This document shows, piece after piece, positions 21,248 through 32,430 of a stretch of DNA of 35,507 nucleotides. The stretch comes from Catajapyx aquilonaris. Taxonomy: Eukaryota. The notes beneath the pieces were generated by a model, which saw only the letters and a list, made by a program, of their open reading frames with translations, had not been told where the DNA came from and ran no database searches. The stretch is taken from NCBI GenBank assembly GCA_000934665.2, contig JYFJ02004022.1, positions 1 to 35,507 of the forward strand, in the 5' to 3' direction. The position numbers were made by a program, and so were the translations under genes. How positions within the stretch are numbered: the stretch's first letter is position 1; each line of letters opens with the position of its first letter.

Positions 21248-24200
21248 ATGGGGAGGAAGATTCTCCTGATGTGGCTTTTGTGCTGCTTGCTGCTCGGTAA
21301 GTGCGTTAATTTTACGAGTACGGTGTTTACCCTAGTGATACCCTGCCACCCTCAATTATAGACGTGTCTGTAGCACGGAGCATCGAAATATTACCTGCGC
21401 CGTCTACCTGGACACCTGAGTTCGTTGTTGACCAGCTGGAAAAAATCCTGTTCAAGAAGCCGGAAGGAAGTGCGGAACTAGCTGAAGCTGAAATATACGA
21501 AGTGACATTGCATAATAACACAGGTATGTGATTGGTGTTAGTGACCACTACAGTGTAACACCCGTGCTAAATTGCAGTGATAGTATCAACCAATGGAGTC
21601 CCTCGAAGTGTGTACCAGGCGTTCAACACCATGAAGGACGATGCCAAACACGCCTTTTTGCGACAGGAATTCAACCAGGGTGATGCATTTGTGTTCGGAA
21701 ATCTGCCAGCTGTCCTCCTCTCCATTCTTCCGGTATGTTAAAGCTGGTGGCATAATTGGCATATTGACAATTTTAATTTTGATAAGGTTGGGACATTGAA
21801 CGCAACAAATGCGAGGCAGCTTTCAACAGCAGTGAGGATCAATTGGGACAACTTGGCTTTGGCGGAGAAGCTTATCGGATCCATTGGACAATCCTCAGAA
21901 AGACAGCAGGATTTTCTTTCATCATTGGTAGGTCACAACCATGAAGTTTAAATTTCGATGTAATTTGGATTTTTTAAATATTTTTTGCAGGATGCAAAGC
22001 TGACGTCTGATGTGCAACGCCTGTGTATGGAGGTTGTAACCAAATGGTGGCCCAATCCAAGAGACTGGAAGCAGCATTTGGGATTGCTTGTGGACGCAGG
22101 AGATATTATGTTGGCGGAGATCCCGTCCGAATACCTGAAGAGCATTCCTGAGGATGCGCTGACAATGTTGTGAGTAAAGTATTAATGCAATTTGAACTAG
22201 TCTAATACTGAAATTGCCAGCGTCGACGCAATCGCTTCTGCAACGGACATCAAAGCTGCCTGGAAGCATAAATCTACACGTGTCAAAAAGTCGTGGTACG
22301 ATGCAGCCATCAGAGCAAAGTATGTCGGCCCACTGCAACTCTGGGACACTAAGAAGACTATCAGGTATTTGCGATTGACAGTTGATAAATGCACTTGTCA
22401 GACACTAATTTTCGTTACAGGAATAGTTTCCTACTTGAAGCTGCACCTGCGAACATTCTTCGCAGTTTACGCTTCATTGATGAAGAACAGAGACGCACTA
22501 TTCTTTCAGGCACCTACAATGACATGCAGGTTAGTGACCATGTTTAAAGCTGTTGACCCCTGCATTGACATCTTCATTCACAGATACGAGCCCTGTTTGA
22601 TGTCCTGTTTTCTCAAACCCAACCAACTGTGGATAACTTGGATGACTTTGATCATCGCGTGTTTTCACTGTATCCAATGCAACAGCAACAGTTTCCATTT
22701 GAAGATGGTGAATTTAGGTTTCTTGCCAGAACCTATAACAAGAAGCGGTTTTACTTCTACCCGTCAATTCTGCAGTTGGCTTACCTATTGTACCCACTGC
22801 AGTCGGACGGGGGAGTGGAAAGATGGGGTGCACGAGAAATGTCTGAAATTGGACCACTTCTGCATGCGCTTCCTGTCAATGAATTGAGGAAGATCAAGTC
22901 TACTGCGCTTGACTGGAGACAAAGGTCAACGTCTGATATTGCATCACCATTCCTGAGTACTGCACAGGTACAGTGGGTAGTGGGCTTCACCGTCTGGAAT
23001 ATTTCTGGTAGCCTATTTAGAAGCTGCTTTTAATAAGCCAATCAAGCTATGCGAATGATTGATAATTAATACTTGTTAATCCCAATTCAGAGCTGGATGC
23101 TGATGAGCAAGATTCAGCAAACTGTGGATCCTCGGCGAGATTTTCCCGATTACTTGCGTTTTGTTCCGGTTCCTCTGCATGTGGGAATACCGACTGGCAT
23201 ATTGGTGCAAAACTTCATGAGGATGATGAATACTGAAATATTACCAATAATGGTGTCAGTTTTCGACAGGATGCTTCCTTCTCAACAGCAACTGATTTAT
23301 CAACAGTTGAAAACACGACTAGGTAAGATCACTGCCCTTTTTATCCTTCCCAAATGTGACAATAATCTTTTTATCAGGTGATGTGGCGGTCTTGAGGAGC
23401 ATTCTCGATAGCCATTCAAACGGCGTAATGAACATGCTGCCGCCTAACAAGACGGTGGAAGTGATGACAAAGATGTTGGAAATGAGGCAGGATTCCTTTG
23501 AACCATTATTAATTCTGAGGAAGCAGGAAAGAGCAATCAAGAATATGCCTCGCAGAACTGTACGTCTCACTATCAAGTAGTTAGTTAGTTGTTAATAGTA
23601 TCAATTTTTCAGCTGTCAATATGGTTGAATCACGTCAGAACTGTACAGCAACGAGACTGGATGGCTGAAGATTTCTTTCCACGAACAGCTGATGCTAAGT
23701 ACAGAGCAGATTATGCTATATTGGGCTTGACGTGTACTGATGTCGAAATGATGGGAGACCTTCAGCTCATTCCCATTGTTAGCAAGTACAGGAAAGTCCT
23801 TGCTGAAACCAAGGTAATTCCAATCGAAAGCATGTCCCCCTACATCTGGAATACCAACAGGAAATCTATGCTTTTCCAGGATGGTGTCTTCTCTACGGAC
23901 TTGATGCACTGCATGCTGAAGAGAATGGTCATGGATTTCCACCTGAAGAAGGAACTGAAGGACAATAATGTACCTGACAATGGTAGCACTTTGTCACTTA
24001 TATCAGCAGGAGAAGCTATTGAACTAGGTATGATGATAATCAACATAATAACTGTTCCTGTTTCTCATATAAATTTTTTGCAGGGCCTATTTTAACTCTG
24101 ATTCCTGAAAGTGAAATTATGGCAGTTGGTCCATCGACACGGAAAATAATAATGGAATCCATTGGTCAGGTGGATATCCCAACTCTCATGTCTGCCACAC

Positions 24201-26843
24201 ACATTGAGAAACTTCAGTGGCTAGCTCAACAGTACATCAAGGACGTATCGGAAATGGTGAGTCACGAAACAGATTTTCGATGCAAATGGCTAAAACGCGC
24301 TTTTTTAGGATGAATCTCTATCAAGTGCTCATTGGTTCCACAAAATGGGGACACTGTATCCTTTTATCACGCCGGAAATGAACATCAGCACTGAAACTGG
24401 GGTTCTCAAAGATTATCTAGAAATGCATGATGGGAGAGGTGACAAAATGTTCTGCATTAGCCCTTCTCTGCAAACATTTTGGCAAGGGATAATAGAGCAG
24501 GACTTTGGGTGAGTCGAATCTTAATTGAAATTAATTTACGTAACTAAGCATTATTTTTTCAGGCCTGCTCAAACCTGGAACGGCAGTGACATAGTCCTGA
24601 TGGGAGACTTGTTGTTGTGGCTCTCAACACAGCAGTTGGAAAATTTACGCGAAGATGCAATCATTGACTCGCTGAGCGTTTGGTTAGAAAAGTGTGCCAT
24701 TACAAAAAAATTGGTTCAAAAGCCAGGCCTGCTTATTACTATGCTAGAAGTAAGTTTCCACTAGGAGAACCTGATACCACATATAACACTTTGTTTCACC
24801 CCTCAGGCTTGCCAAGAGCAGCAGCTTGGAAGTGACCACATTCTTACCGCATTTAGCAAACTTGGCCGGAAAATGATCAGATCTGCCAAGTCTCTGGTGG
24901 ACACCATATTGACTCCACGTGACCTTGTCAATAAAATAACAGGCGGTAAGGCTTTTTGTGGTTTATATTGCAAAACATTTTACGTGCTTCTTTTCAGCCC
25001 CTCGAACTAGGCCAAGAAGGCAAACTGTAATCGTACCAAATCTTCCGCCTACTGGAAGAGATGACCAGTTCATGACAGTAGGTCCACCTGGAAATCAGCA
25101 ACCTCCACCACGGAGAGTAGGTACTGACAGGCAACTTCCACCACCCATGGGAAACGAAGGTCCAGTGTCTACATTCGACGATCCTGGCCAGCAACCTCCA
25201 CCACGGAGAATAGGTACTGAGAGGCAACTTACACCACCCATGGGAAACGAAGGTCCAGTGTCGACATTCGACGATCCTGGCCAGCAGCTTCCAAGACCAG
25301 GTATCTTTGAGCCAGCACGGCGGCCACTTAGTCGACCAGATCAGCCGAATGTTATGCAGCCACCTCGACCAGACTTGCCGAATACTATTCCGCCACAATT
25401 TATTCCGGACCAGCCAGTACGAAATGATAGATTATTTCCTGTCGAGCCACAGCCTGGTTCTATGATGCCTGAAACCTTTGGCGAAGGACTGAACGTAAGT
25501 AGATAAGTACAGTGTGAAACTTCAACGCATAATTGGTCCTTCTGTAACAGATTACCTGTGAGACTCTGAAAACAATTCAGCCCTTCATCACGGTTATAAC
25601 AGAGCAGGACTTCTTGAGAATGCCTCGAAGGGATTTTGTAGATTGTTTGGAAATTATTGGGGCTGAAAAATGGAACAAACCAACTTCGAGGACACTCTTC
25701 AATATGCTAAAGACGGTGAGAATGTGCATTTTCTTTTCCGCATTGGTGTATTAATTAATTAACATGATTTTTTTCAGATATTGGAGCAACAAGCAGAAGG
25801 GCGGCCCATTAGGCTTCTTCCCGAGTTGCTGCTGACAATGGGTTCTTTAAGCAAGGAGATTATCTCGAATGATCACAAAATGGTGGATCTGCAACTTATG
25901 CCTGGAGTTGACACGGTTGCAATAATGGGCCGACTTGAACTAAACATTCGCGAGGTAATAATAATCATTACTTCCTTGTTATAGTAGCTTGACTGTTACC
26001 TCTTGCAGGTGGAACTTCTGTCGACGAAATTCTTGACTGACAACAAAAAATTCATCGAAAATATCATCGAAAGTCAGCCTACGATTCGAGCAGTGGTATT
26101 GGCCTCACTGGGTAACATCGCTGGAGGACTTCCTCCTCGTGAAATTAACGGAATCCTCAACTCGCAGCAAGGGATGTACTGGGAATTGAGTCCTCTTCTG
26201 GGCCGATTAATGGATGCAACTCCAGCTGTCCTGAGAGTTCTAGCCGACTTTGCAGTGGCTGAATATGGTGACCCTTCGACTTGGACTGAGCACACGGTCA
26301 GCACCATCGGTACTGTCATGGCTGGAATGAGTCCAGATGTCATGATGCAACTAGGACGGAAGCGCAAAGGAGATGACCCTCTTCAAGGTCTTACGGTGTC
26401 AGCTGTGAAAATGATGACTCCTTCGCTCCTTCAGGTGCGTAAACCTTGGAATTATCTCATAACAGTTAACTTCAATCCCATCTTCTCAGGATATGACGGA
26501 AGATCAGCTGGCATCTCTTCCATGGTCGGTGGTACAATCGCTGAGTGACAACCAAATGAAATCGTTGTCTGCAGTACAGAAGGAAGCAATCAGTCGAGCT
26601 CAGGAAATGCCTAGTTTCATACCAAGTGAATGGACTTCACCTACAACACGAGCATCCATAAGTACGGAGACATCGACGGGACAACCAGCCACACAATCAA
26701 CGTCGGAGTTACCTACAACAACACTGTCACCTCAAGAAGCAGCACAGCAGGAAAGCAGCAGTGGCTCTAAGAACTATGCAATTGTGTCAAACATACTTGT
26801 TCTCCATTTGTTGTACATATGTCACGTTGCAAGTAGGTCATAA
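21248..26843 (+). CDS. Otoancorin/stereocilin/mesothelin-superfamily protein, secreted and probably GPI-anchored; 21 exons, 4404-nt CDS, 1467 aa
   Basis: Exons: 21248-21296, 21362-21523, 21578-21732, 21787-21927, 21991-22169, 22221-22364, 22421-22529, 22584-22967, 23091-23322, 23378-23559, 23613-23813, 23880-24027, 24084-24256, 24309-24508, 24563-24749, 24807-24945, 24998-25494, 25551-25715, 25778-25954, 26009-26434, 26490-26843. All introns are GT..AG and phases join into one open frame. N-terminal signal peptide MGRKILLMWLLCCLLLDVSVA. Family-like motifs: FGPAQTWNGSDIVLMGDLLLWLS, GVERWGAREMSEIGPLL, GLTCTDV, ITCETLK..M...DFVDCLE, YGDPSTWTEHTVSTIGTVMAGMS..LQGLTVSAVKMMTP..MTEDQLASL. A Ser/Thr stalk is followed by SSSGS and a hydrophobic C-terminal tail. 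Confidence 0.88.
25096..25281 (+). repeat. Coding tandem repeat, 2 x 93 bp (31 aa)
   Basis: QQPPPRRVGTDRQLPPPMGNEGPVSTFDDPG followed by QQPPPRRIGTERQLTPPMGNEGPVSTFDDPG; units start at 25096 and 25189. Confidence 0.95.
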
Positions 26844-26863
26844 ATAAAAACTATGCTATTAAA
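26843..26863 (+). promoter_or_regulatory. Candidate polyadenylation signals of the otoancorin-like gene
   Basis: AATAAA at 26843-26848 overlapping the TAA stop, and ATTAAA at 26858-26863. Confidence 0.5.
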
Positions 26864-29194
26864 ATGTGTACACTGAATTTCAGTTCTATCTCCCTTGCCA
26901 GTTTTTCAAACCTGGCAACGTTAGTTTCAAAAGATTTTCTATTCCAGTTTTGCAGCTTGCTTATTGGATTACAAATCCCGGAATTTTCAGGTTCAGCTTT
27001 TTTAGCTGGTCAAAAATTTCTTCGTGTTTCCCTTGCATTTCCAGGGACAACTACTTGTTCCATCCTATTTTTTTCAAAAAGGTTTACCTTTCGACAACCA
27101 TCTTGCAGAAGCACCTCCTGATGTTCACATATTCATGTAATTAGTTCTTCGGACAAATGGGACTTCATCTCTCCAGATAATTCAGTTTTGATGAAAGAAT
27201 GTCCTCTTTTGTACACTCCTGTTCACGGGCCCCTGCAGATAGAGCTTCTCTGAGGCCCGAGGCATGAGTCATGTTATAACGACGTAAAAAATGTGTGTAC
27301 CTGAGCAGATAGCAGTGGATTCATTGCATTGCCATGTGAGATGGTCAGGTGTGATACCTGATGGTAATCGCTGGCCACCCTGTCATGGAATACAATGAAT
27401 ACGTGCAGGCGGAATGTGTATGTAGGTTACTACAATGTAACTATGTAGTCCATATGTGTGTATAAAATGGTCTATAAATTGGTATAACTTGCTCAACAAA
27501 GCATGTAGTGAGTTCTGTCCATTACATTTGCAGTCAAGTCAAGTTAAAAATAAACAATATAAAACGCAAGAATGGAAGCATTGGAAATAAGAGAATATTC
27601 TAGATCATAATGTCCAAGTGTACTGAAATAATGAGATTTTCTTAGTCAGGATAATAAACAACTTCTTTTCAAGTAGGAGTTCACATTTCATCAAGCGTAG
27701 CTATTCTTCATTCAATGTCCTTTGATTCAATGAATATAATATTAATATTTGGATAAACTCTATGGGCAACTTCTGCAAATTCTCCAGCTGCGTGTGGATC
27801 AAACTGTCTGGCATTGATGGCTTCTCAAACTCTACATTTTATCTTCAAATCGTCTCTCTCACTAAAAGTCCCAATTTTTAAAAAAATTACACCTGTATTT
27901 TTGCCTTTCCAATGCACTTATCTAGGACAGCTCTTACTTCTCTTCTTGCTTTAACTATGACATTTGCTTTTTCTTCCATTCCACTACTGTAAGTGGCATT
28001 TTAACAGCCGGGAAACAATAGTGACAATAGCATCCAAGCCGAAGTGTGACTTACACGACAAGAATTAAATGGCCATAATAATGTTCAGGTAAAAATTACC
28101 TCAAAATTATTACTATTATTTGAAGGGTCCTACTGTGTAGTGAGAAGGTAATTAATATCAACTTTTAGATTTTGGTACTATAGATAAAAATTTAAAAAAG
28201 GTCTAAAAACTGTGACTTACACGACACACAAAGATGGTATTTAAACTTGCTAAGTTTTATGTTGAATAAGTCATTGCAATGGAAATATAAATATATAGTA
28301 CATTCATCCAGTTCTTGTGTGATAGAAGTCACACTTTACTGCATGAAAAACACTAGATTACTTGTTGAATTATGAAGATTTTTATGGAGACTTGAACAAA
28401 AAAAAAATTGCACACCCGCCATATTTGAAATAAACAGTGTTGTTAACTTGAATGTATGCGAAAATTCTCTAATATCTGTTGAAAAATAAAAAATACACAA
28501 TCTCAGCTTTCAGAAAATATCTTAATATCATAGAAATTATTTATTTTAAAATCTGACCCTGATGTATACTTTTGCATGGAATTAGCCAGCAATGGAAAAA
28601 GCGGGAAAAAGTGCGTCTTCGCGTGATTGTGATTTTGGTACCCCCTTCAAATAAATATTAATAACTCGATAACTAAATTTAATCTGGTAAAACTGATTGT
28701 TCCATAAGAGTTCAATTCGATGTGGGTTTCACATATATATTTTTCAAAAAAATCGATGACTATGACCTGACACCTTTTTTCACTCACTGGCTGATCTGAA
28801 ATGGAACCACCCATAAAAGAGGTTGTAAAATATGTGGATGTTTTCATCTGTTGGTCTTTGTCATGTTGTTCTCTGCTCTGCAGTTTTAGATGCACACTAC
28901 TGCACACTTTCTAACTACGGTAGAGCCATGTAGGCTCTCTGCTCCTGGAAATTGTCTTGCTACTTTTTATTGCCACATTTTTAAAATGGACACGATGCTC
29001 CCTTTATAACCTCCATGACAGATCAGGTCAGGCGGCAACCATATGTCGGTGAATACATTGGCTAGTTTCATGAAATGCTGTACGCTGCACACCCTTATCC
29101 AGGCAACAGCAGGTCGTGCTCATGTTGCACGTGTTTGAAGAAGTTACACGTGTTGAAGGCAACAATCGCCGCTACTAGTGAATAACTGCTACTC

Positions 29195-29201
29195 TGATGA
29201 A

Positions 29202-29258
<57 letters not shown>
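29195..29258. repeat. (GAT)n microsatellite
   Basis: Seen directly; it produces the spurious poly-H and poly-I ORFs. Confidence 0.98.
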
Positions 29259-29493
29259 AATGAAAATAACCCAGCAAGTGCTTGACGTTATTGTGAGGTA
29301 TGGACCTTTATTTACCATTGACAGACAATTGACAGACATTGACAGATAATAATCGGCAACACGGATAATCCACACCCTGATATATGCAAGCGTGGACAGT
29401 AGGATGAAGCGTGGGTCTCGATTTTCTAAATAGCAGACGAATATTTCACAGATAAATCCTGTACGAATTCACGTGAGTTTTCCAATCATGGAA

Positions 29494-30366
29494 TTACAAA
29501 CTTTTTTTAATGCCACAGCTCAAAGAAAATGGCTTCTCTCCTGTATGAATGTGCATGTGAGTTTTCAACCTATATGACTCTCGAAACTTTTTCTGGCACA
29601 CCTCACAACTAAATGGTTTTTCTCCTGTATGAATTCGCATATGAATTTTCAACTTTGTTGATTGGCAAAAACATTTCCGGCACACCTCACAAATGAATGG
29701 TTTTTCTCCTGTATGAATTCGCATGTGAACTTTCAAATTACATGAATAACTGAATTTTTTCTGGCACACCTCACAAGAAAATGGGTTTTCTCCTGTATGA
29801 ATTTGCATGTGCCTGTTCAAATCATATGCAACACAAAACTTTTTCTGGCATACCTCACAAGTGAATGAGTTTTCTTCTGCATGAATTTGCATGTGAGTTT
29901 TCAAACTATATGAATCTCGAAACTTTTTCTGGCACACCTCACAACTAAATGGTCTTTCTCCTGTATGAATTTGCATATGAATTTTCAACTTTGATGATTG
30001 GCAAAAACATTTCTGGCACACCTCACAAATGAATGGTTTTTCTCCTGTATGAATTCGCATGTGAACTTTCAAATTACATGAATAACTGAATTTTTTCTGG
30101 CACACCTCACAAGAAAATGGTTTTTCTCCTGTGTGAAATTGCATGTGAGTTTTCAAATTATGTGAATCATGAAATTCTTTCTGGCAGATATGGCAGAAAG
30201 TTCTTTCACTATGAATCCTCATGTGACCTTTCAAACCGAATTGGGTACCAAATAATTTCTGGCATATTTTACACTCAAAAGAATTTCTTCCCCCACACAT
30301 TCCTCTGCTCCTTTCCTCTTGTATCTCTTTATCTTCTGCTCCATCTTCAGTTCTCACTGGCACAAC
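29494..30366 (-). CDS. C2H2 (Kruppel-type) zinc-finger protein, terminal exon with 9 fingers
   Basis: Nine CxxC-x12-HxxxH units with TGEKPF-type linkers in ORF 29494-30363. The ORF begins at a GTG just inside a minus-strand splice acceptor (ctaat..ttccAG|gtt, exon start 30366, phase 0), so upstream exon(s) are expected to the right; they were not identified. Confidence 0.93.
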   Translation of the reverse strand, partial: VVPVRTEDGAEDKEIQEERSRGMCGGRNSFECKICQKLFGTQFGLKGHMRIHSERTFCHICQKEFHDSHNLKTHMQFHTGEKPFSCEVCQKKFSYSCNLKVHMRIHTGEKPFICEVCQKCFCQSSKLKIHMQIHTGERPFSCEVCQKKFRDSYSLKTHMQIHAEENSFTCEVCQKKFCVAYDLNRHMQIHTGENPFSCEVCQKKFSYSCNLKVHMRIHTGEKPFICEVCRKCFCQSTKLKIHMRIHTGEKPFSCEVCQKKFRESYRLKTHMHIHTGEKPFSLSCGIKKSL

Positions 30367-31702
30367 CTGGAATGTGTAATTAGTCTAATTACATTACATC
30401 AATGTTTATTTTGTGGTGTGGAAGGCATGTCTTGTTATAAAGGCTCAAGAGATTGTCTCACATGTAGGTCAATTGTGCATTTCTTCCTAGGCTACTTCTC
30501 AATTTAAAAATACTGGAATATAATGTCTTCAGAAATATTTAGAAATAAACAGTATATGGGTTATTCTAAATTAACATTCACTTTTCCACTTTTTCTGGAG
30601 TATATTTTTTTGGGGTTACGTTTCAGTCATAATAATTGCATCATGTGGATGTGTAAGGTTTGACGTCAATCAAATGGTTGAAAGCAGAGCTAAAAGTTAG
30701 TTATTCAGATCAGCAGACCTTTTAGAACAAGTTCAGGTGTACAAATATGTAACATCCGTTACAGGACAGAAACCTGCACTTCTCTTGTTTATAAGATCAA
30801 GCACTCGGGCAATACCTTTTCCCATTGGACTTTGTGGATGTCCGTAGTCAAGTTAATGTTGCATACAAACCATAATATTTTCGCTTTTTAAGGTGTACTA
30901 CTATGACCCGCAAAAAGATTGTCATAACTGTTAGAATTTTTCTCCTCTTTCCAGTAGGCCTACTAACACTACGCCAATTGTTTCTAATTATTGCAACAGG
31001 AAAAAGGGGTTCTAACGTGTTGGGCCGTTTTTTTTTTTTGTGCTTGTTCGGTCGGGAACAGGTACGAATGCATCTGGTCTTGCTCATGTTACACGTGTTT
31101 ATTCCTACCCCCACACCAGGGTGGAAGGATGGCCTTATGAGCTATTCTTACAATTCTTAGTCGCCGCTACTGCTGAGGCTGCTATGCACTAATAGCTCTT
31201 CTCAGAATTCCTTACACTTTCTCACTTTTAAAAAACCGGTTCTGATGTGTATTCGGCCATTCGGGTCACACTTTTCTCTTGTTATGGATACACGTGAATG
31301 TGTTTTACTCCACATTCGTAATTAATCTGCATGTGGCAGGAAAATGAACCACTGAAAAAAGGATAAGAGCAAAAACATTTCCTTCAGTGCAGACCTTAGT
31401 AAGACCTCCGCGGCGGAATGAAGGTACTGAAACAAGGCAGGCGCACGTAAGACCTTCACCAATTGATTTAAGCTGTACCATAGGTCTTACTCAAGCAATT
31501 CTAAAATTAATGCTCATAATAGTATCCCTTCTGAAAATAGTTCCATGAGCCACTCCATAAAATAATGTAGGCTACTTCCTGCAATTAGGAACTTCAATAA
31601 TAATAAGAGTTTGGTATTTTATGGTTGGAGAGAATTTATTGCCATCAAACATTACGCACAACCCTCGTCTCTCTGACTACTGGTTCTCAATAAAGAATGT
31701 AA

Positions 31703-31890
31703 TCTCTATATCTATAAATAAGGAAGCTTCATTGTTAGTTTGTTTGGATGTTTGTCATCCCTTATAGAAATCCAGGGGAAGGCCCCTACACCGCCTTATC
31801 TCTATATCTATAAATAAGGAAGATTCATTGCCAGTTTGTTTGGATGTTTGTCCCTTATAGAAATCCAGGGGAAGGCCCCTACACCGCCTT
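31703..31890 (+). mobile_element. Tandemly duplicated Helitron-type 5' end
   Basis: A|TCTCTATATCTATAAATAAGGAAG..gtttgtttggatgtttgtc..gaaatccaggggaaggcccctacaccgcctt occurs at 31703 and again at 31799 (96-bp offset). Same style as the 5' end at 15171. Confidence 0.75.
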
Positions 31891-32226
31891 AAATTAGCAT
31901 ATCGGGGGTTACTTTTTCCAAGGAATCTAACGCCGCATGTTTCAGCTTCCGAAAATGTACCTAACTACCACAACACGCACATTCCTGCCTCAACAATTAG
32001 CTTACATCAATAACAATAAATCAATATGCATTCCCATGGAAATGCATCTCTTTTATTATTATTATTATTACACGCTTTATATTAGCTTCACTCCGTTGTC
32101 CGCGACCGGATTTGTGTGTGTGTCCACCCCTCTCTTCGCCATTGCCCCACCATCTATCGGTAGTTATTAACGTTAGGGGTGATTTCGCGCCTTCCTACAC
32201 CATCTAGCGGTTCGTATTCACATTAG

Positions 32227-32430
32227 GTAGTCACGTGATTGGCTGTGTTCGCTACCTCCCTACCGTCTGCGGTAGTAGTCACATGATGGGTGAATTTGCA
32301 ACTTCCATACCTACTCGCGGTAGTAGTCACGTGGTTGGCTGTGTTCGCTACCTTCCTACCGTCTGCGGTAGTAGTCACATGATGGGTGAATTTGCAACTT
32401 CCATACCTACTAGCGGTAGTAGTCACGTGA
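32227..32430. repeat. Minisatellite with a 48-bp period and 96-bp higher-order (A-B-A-B) structure
   Basis: gtagtcacRtg at 32227, 32275, 32323, 32371 and 32419; the intervening sequences alternate between two types. Confidence 0.92.

Noticed and set aside
26864..28050. Convergent minus-strand gene or transposase remnant
   Set aside because: Frames are interrupted by stops, and no consistent exon chain or motif was recognised.
28122..28648. Sola-like element (GAAGGG..CCCTTC)
   Set aside because: The inverted match is short and the flanking 4-mers (ATTT/AAAT) are not a direct duplication; the region is probably repeat-derived but its boundaries are unsupported.
29095..29375. Poly-His and poly-Ile ORFs
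   Set aside because: They are translations of the (GAT)n microsatellite.
32227..32430. CRISPR array
   Set aside because: Spacers alternate between two repeated sequences, the context is eukaryotic and there are no cas genes; it is a minisatellite.
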